Virus record (IMG/VR): IMGVR_UViG_3300027832_000014 | DNA from: an uncultured virus (IMG/VR IMGVR_UViG_3300027832_000014) | Lineage: Duplodnaviria; Heunggongvirae; Uroviricota; Caudoviricetes | Strand: one strand, 5' to 3' | DNA: 64,000 bases | In this document: positions 60,178-64,000 of the stretch, piece by piece | Layout of the letters: each line of letters begins with the position of its first letter | How positions within the stretch are numbered: the stretch's first letter is position 1 | Program-made: the position numbers and the translations under genes | The notes under the pieces: model-generated | The model's database searches: none | Told to the model about the DNA's origin: nothing | What the model saw: the letters and a program-made list of their open reading frames with translations, nothing else

Positions 60178-60660
60178 ATGCAGTCTATCATGCACGATAT
60201 CGGGGCCTACATTGTCGCCGTTCAGGCAATTGACCCCGACGAGATCACCACCACTGGTGATGGTGTTCTCGCTACCGGACGGGTCATTGACCGGGAGGCC
60301 AACTCCTCCTACCCGCTGCTCTCGGGCAGTCTGGTCGTGTCCTACAAGACGGTACTCACCGCCACCAAGGCGCTGACGTTGTCCACCCTGTTGGAGCATA
60401 GCGCCAGCACGGCGTCGTCCACGTTCGCTACCTTGGAGACGAAAGATGGGTCCACCGCTGCACAGTCGAATGCGGATACCAACGCCACTACCGCCGGGGT
60501 TACCCGGCGCGGCGTGCAGAAGATCGACTACGATCTTGGCCATGCCAAGCGTTACTTGCGGGCGAAGGTCACGCCGACCCTTTCGGCCAGGAGTTCGGAC
60601 GTGGCGGGCTACGCAGCCGTCCTCGTCTTCGGTGGCGGTCAGACCCGTCCCGCTGCGTAA
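60178..60660 (+). CDS. Putative head decoration or minor capsid protein
   Basis: Directly after the MCP; beta-rich, Thr/Ala-rich; KRYLRA..TP motif. Confidence 0.6.
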   Translation: MQSIMHDIGAYIVAVQAIDPDEITTTGDGVLATGRVIDREANSSYPLLSGSLVVSYKTVLTATKALTLSTLLEHSASTASSTFATLETKDGSTAAQSNADTNATTAGVTRRGVQKIDYDLGHAKRYLRAKVTPTLSARSSDVAGYAAVLVFGGGQTRPAA

Positions 60661-60700
60661 GCTGCTTTCTTGGCAGCTTAGGTAGAAGAAACCAAGACCG

Positions 60701-60735
60701 TGGGGGGGACTTCGAAAGAGGTCCCCCCCCATTTT
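60701..60735 (+). terminator. Intrinsic terminator
   Basis: GGGGGGGACTTC-GAAA-GAGGTCCCCCCC followed by ATTTT. Confidence 0.75.
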
Positions 60736-60760
60736 GGTTTAACCCACAGGAGTAAACAAC

Positions 60761-61138
60761 ATGTCGAAAGAAGATATCGTTACCGCTGTTGATGGCCTCG
60801 ATTACCACAACGAAGAACACTGGAACAACAACGGCACCGTAAGTATTGGCCACTTGCGAGAAGCCCTTGACGACAACAGTGTTACCAAGAAAGATCTTTC
60901 GGAAGCCTTCGCCCCCGGTGAAGTTCCCGTTCGATCGGACTTTGAGCACAGGGATAACGACGCACCTGCTCCCCGCGCGCGTCCCCATGTTGCAGCCATG
61001 GTGGAAGAACGCATGGGACCGTCCCTTTTGGAAGATGTTAGGGCGCTATGGCTCGATCACCCCGGAGGTCGCCTTGTCATGCACGACAAGACCGGGCAGG
61101 TGGTTCGCGTGTTGGAACCTGCGGACTACAACGAATAA
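60761..61138 (+). CDS. Hypothetical protein
   Basis: RBS AGGAG. Confidence 0.7.
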   Translation: MSKEDIVTAVDGLDYHNEEHWNNNGTVSIGHLREALDDNSVTKKDLSEAFAPGEVPVRSDFEHRDNDAPAPRARPHVAAMVEERMGPSLLEDVRALWLDHPGGRLVMHDKTGQVVRVLEPADYNE

Positions 61139-61162
61139 CTTTCTCGTAACAAGGAGCCCGCC

Positions 61163-61480
61163 ATGATAATTAAAACAAGCAAACACCCTGCCTCCGGCTG
61201 GCACCTTGTTGAAACAAGCCCGGAGGAAGTTTCTTGGGGTCTTGCCATACTGAAAAGCGCTAAAGATCTTCCAGTTGGGGTTCGTGTTTACGTTCCCGGT
61301 ACGGATAACGACAGCACTGTTCCTCAACTGGAATTTCCCTGCCATGTTGGTCTCATTAACTTCCACTCCCTGAAAGATAACACCCCTTGTGTTGTGGTCG
61401 TTAGGTCGGTTTCGTATATATGTACGACGACGGGCAAAACCATAGACAAAGTGGAAATCAAAAATGCAGAAGTTTTCTAG
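61163..61480 (+). CDS. Hypothetical protein
   Basis: RBS AGGAG. Confidence 0.65.
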   Translation: MIIKTSKHPASGWHLVETSPEEVSWGLAILKSAKDLPVGVRVYVPGTDNDSTVPQLEFPCHVGLINFHSLKDNTPCVVVVRSVSYICTTTGKTIDKVEIKNAEVF

Positions 61481-62477
61481 TGGAAAAATTAATCACGCAC
61501 TGGATAACATTTCAATCCCCGATGCACCGCTCCCCACGCGGTTTTCGGACACCGTGTACATCTGCGGCACGGCACAAAAAACACTAGAGTCATTACCCAT
61601 TGAGACAGGAGCGGACTACTGGTGTTTCGCTTGGCGGGTAGCTGGAATAGCGCACGCAACCGCTGTTTTTGACGTACACCCCTTGGGGGACTTTAGGGGA
61701 GCGGTCCCAAACAATTACGAAGAGCTGCTGGAAGAGCGCGCTGCAAACGGGTTAACTACCTATTTGCAGCGTTCCTACGAAGGCATTCCCAGCGCGCAGG
61801 TATTCCCGGCAAAAGAAGTGCTCAAATACTTTTCCAATATATCCACCTTGGGTAGCCGCGGTTACTATTTTGTGTGCTCTGTTTCCTGGTTACTCGGGTT
61901 GGCTATTGCTATGGGGTACAAGCGCATTGGATTGTTTGGCGTAGAACTTATCACCAATGATGAGTATTTTGACCAGCGGCCCAACTTAGAGCACCTTATT
62001 GGTATTGCGTTGGGGCTTGGTATTGAGGTCGACGCCCCGGAAGGAACTTCTGTGTGTTCCTACCCTGCACTGTACGGGTACTTCCACAGCGATCTCAGTG
62101 GACCTGTTACCCCGGAACTGGTCAACACTACAAAAGCCAAGCTGGAACAGGATCTTTCCGAAACACAAATCCACCAACACCAGATAGAGGGCGCGGTTTT
62201 ATGCGCCCGTAATTTTCTTAACGGAACAATGAAGTATGGCAAACTGGACTTGCCCCCGGCGACCGTGGAAACCCTGGAACTAATGCTTTCTGAAATGGAA
62301 GAAGGACAACGCAACATTTTAGAGACTGTACATAAGACACAAGGCGCACTACAAATAATGACGGCACTAAGTCGCCGTTACCTGTTTGCTTCCCGGGGAA
62401 GGCCCTTTGAATCAATGCAAGCAGCACTGAACGATACCGCCAACAACCAGAAGGACGAGATAGACGATGGCAACTAA
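61464..62477 (+). CDS. Maf/DUF115-like putative glycosyltransferase-fold protein
   Basis: VYICGTA and SVSWLLGLAIAMGYKRIGLFGVEL motifs. Confidence 0.5.
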   Translation: MQKFSSGKINHALDNISIPDAPLPTRFSDTVYICGTAQKTLESLPIETGADYWCFAWRVAGIAHATAVFDVHPLGDFRGAVPNNYEELLEERAANGLTTYLQRSYEGIPSAQVFPAKEVLKYFSNISTLGSRGYYFVCSVSWLLGLAIAMGYKRIGLFGVELITNDEYFDQRPNLEHLIGIALGLGIEVDAPEGTSVCSYPALYGYFHSDLSGPVTPELVNTTKAKLEQDLSETQIHQHQIEGAVLCARNFLNGTMKYGKLDLPPATVETLELMLSEMEEGQRNILETVHKTQGALQIMTALSRRYLFASRGRPFESMQAALNDTANNQKDEIDDGN

Positions 62478-62679
62478 GCAGGACAACGAGGAAAAGAATA
62501 CTCCCGCAGGGACGCCTTCCTCGGACAAGAAGATTAAGGCCGTGGAATTCCTGCATACGTACCCCCCATACTCCTTGGGGGAGATTGCAGGTTTCTACGT
62601 GGAAAGGGCAGAAGAGCTTATTGCCGATGGTCATGCCAAAGCAGCCAGCAAACGGCCCCGCATCTCTACCAACAAGTAA
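62467..62679 (+). CDS. Small virion-module protein
   Basis: VEFL...PYSLGEIAGF...AEELIADGHA. Confidence 0.65.
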   Translation: MATKQDNEEKNTPAGTPSSDKKIKAVEFLHTYPPYSLGEIAGFYVERAEELIADGHAKAASKRPRISTNK

Positions 62680-62704
62680 CCCCATCTAGCTAGGAGGAAT
62701 TACC

Positions 62705-63382
62705 GTGGTGAATGTGTCTGTTGTCTCCGCTACCATACGGGATTTGGCGTCGCTGGCGGTGCTTAAGGACGATTTGGGCATTTCCAGTACGGATTCCTCG
62801 GAAGACGCCAAGCTGCGTAGGTTCCTTACCGTTGCCAGCCAGATTGCGGAAAGCTACGTAGAGCGTTCTCTTGTTAAAGATCTTGTAACAGAGAAGGTGG
62901 CTGGGGACGGCAGTGTTCTTATGCAGCTCGACAGGTACCCGGTTAAGTCCGTGGTATCTGTTTCGCTTGATGGTTCTACTATTGGTAGTACCGAGTTCTC
63001 CATACAGGATCCTTCCGCTGGTGTTTTGTACAAGGAGGGTACGTGGACGGGAACACTGCACTGGCGGCACAACATCGAACGTTTCCATCTTTCGGGTGAA
63101 GAAAAACTCGACTGGTTAATTACCTATCGGGCTGGGTATGACCCGTACGACAACACTACGGCAAGTTCTCTTACTACGGCTTCCCCCGATGTGCCACACG
63201 ACCTTTCCTTTGCCGTGAGACAGCTTGCCTCGATTAACTACTACGACGTTGGGCAGAACCCTGCGGTGCGTAGTCAGCGCATTGGTGAGGCCAGTGAGAC
63301 CCGTTTTGATATCTCCAAAACAGGGAGCACTTTTCCACCAACTATTCAGGCCATCCTGGATAAATACCGACGGGTAGTGTAG
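62705..63382 (+). CDS. Head-tail connector (gp6-like adaptor)
   Basis: LASLAVLKDDLGI, ASQIAESYVER, YPVKSV, ITYRAGY, VPHDL, ILDKYRR. Confidence 0.85.
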   Translation: MVNVSVVSATIRDLASLAVLKDDLGISSTDSSEDAKLRRFLTVASQIAESYVERSLVKDLVTEKVAGDGSVLMQLDRYPVKSVVSVSLDGSTIGSTEFSIQDPSAGVLYKEGTWTGTLHWRHNIERFHLSGEEKLDWLITYRAGYDPYDNTTASSLTTASPDVPHDLSFAVRQLASINYYDVGQNPAVRSQRIGEASETRFDISKTGSTFPPTIQAILDKYRRVV

Positions 63383-63487
63383 GGGAACCAAAAAAGGCCC
63401 GCTGTCACGTTTTAGCGACCGGGAGCTTCAATGGCCCGGTCGTTTGCCTGTCTAAGCACCAGCACCCTTAAAATAAGGACTAACAGC

Positions 63488-64000
63488 ATGATTACCCCAA
63501 CCAAGCCCCTTATCGTGGCCGAGATTGGTATTAACCACAATGGGAGCCCCGAATTGCTGGACGCCATGGTGCGTTCCGCCGCTGCCAACGGTGCGGACTT
63601 CGTTAAGGTTCAAACAAGAAACCTCGATGCTGTTTACACACAAGCAGAACTAGACGCCCCCCGCAAGAGCCCATGGGGGACCACCAACCGAGAGCAGAAA
63701 GCCCACTTGGAGTTAACCTTCAAGGAGTACAAACTGCTTGACGACCTGTGCAAAGAGCTAAACATTGGATGGTTCTCGTCTCCATGGGACGTAAACAGTG
63801 TTGCTGTCCTGGAAACTTTCGACTGTGCCTACCTCAAGGTAGCCTCCGCCATGGTTACCAACCGAGCGCTCTTACAGGCAGTTGGGCAGTCTTTCCTTCC
63901 AGCCATCCTTTCTTTTGGTGGGATGGATCTGCCGTCCTGCCGAGCGGCGGTAAAGCACATGCTGGCGGCAACCGAAATGGCCCCTTCCGAAAAGATTGCA
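63488..64000 (+). CDS. neuB: N-acetylneuraminate/nonulosonic acid synthase family (3' end runs off the window; not in the ORF track)
   Basis: Manual translation: MITPTKPLIVAEIGINHNGS...GADFVKVQ...SPWGTT...WFSSPWD...LKVASA. Confidence 0.92.
   Translation, partial: MITPTKPLIVAEIGINHNGSPELLDAMVRSAAANGADFVKVQTRNLDAVYTQAELDAPRKSPWGTTNREQKAHLELTFKEYKLLDDLCKELNIGWFSSPWDVNSVAVLETFDCAYLKVASAMVTNRALLQAVGQSFLPAILSFGGMDLPSCRAAVKHMLAATEMAPSEKIA

Noticed and set aside
58789..60732. 647-aa minus-strand ORF
   Set aside because: Antisense shadow of the capsid and decoration genes.

Overview
The window is a 64-kb segment of a tailed dsDNA phage with an HK97-type head. The host is probably an alphaproteobacterium, inferred from a LabA/NYN gene, a GcrA-like gene and CTTGnn-N17-CTAyAT promoters. 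Positions 1-19 kb (minus strand) hold a replication module (gp32-like SSB, UvsY-like protein, clamp loader, UDG-fused PolA, sliding clamp, primase, RNase H, SNF2 and DnaB helicases) interleaved with a 7-deazaguanine DNA-modification set (dpdA-like, intein-containing folE, queC, queD, queE). Positions 19-45 kb hold small accessory genes, two tRNAs, a MoxR/VWA trio, an array of about 12 genes each preceded by a conserved hairpin-ACTGC-GGAG leader, and an ~800-nt highly base-paired non-coding region. Positions 45-49.4 kb are a strand-switch region with iteron-like repeats and an inverted paralog pair. One copy of that pair lies in an ~800-bp island almost free of GA/TC dinucleotides, which is the most striking signal here. 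Positions 49.7-54.9 kb are a tandem family of diverged ORFans. Positions 55-64 kb hold portal, a double protease, capsid, a head-tail connector, a Maf/DUF115-like protein and NeuB. All calls come from motif recognition and hand counts; no database searches were run.
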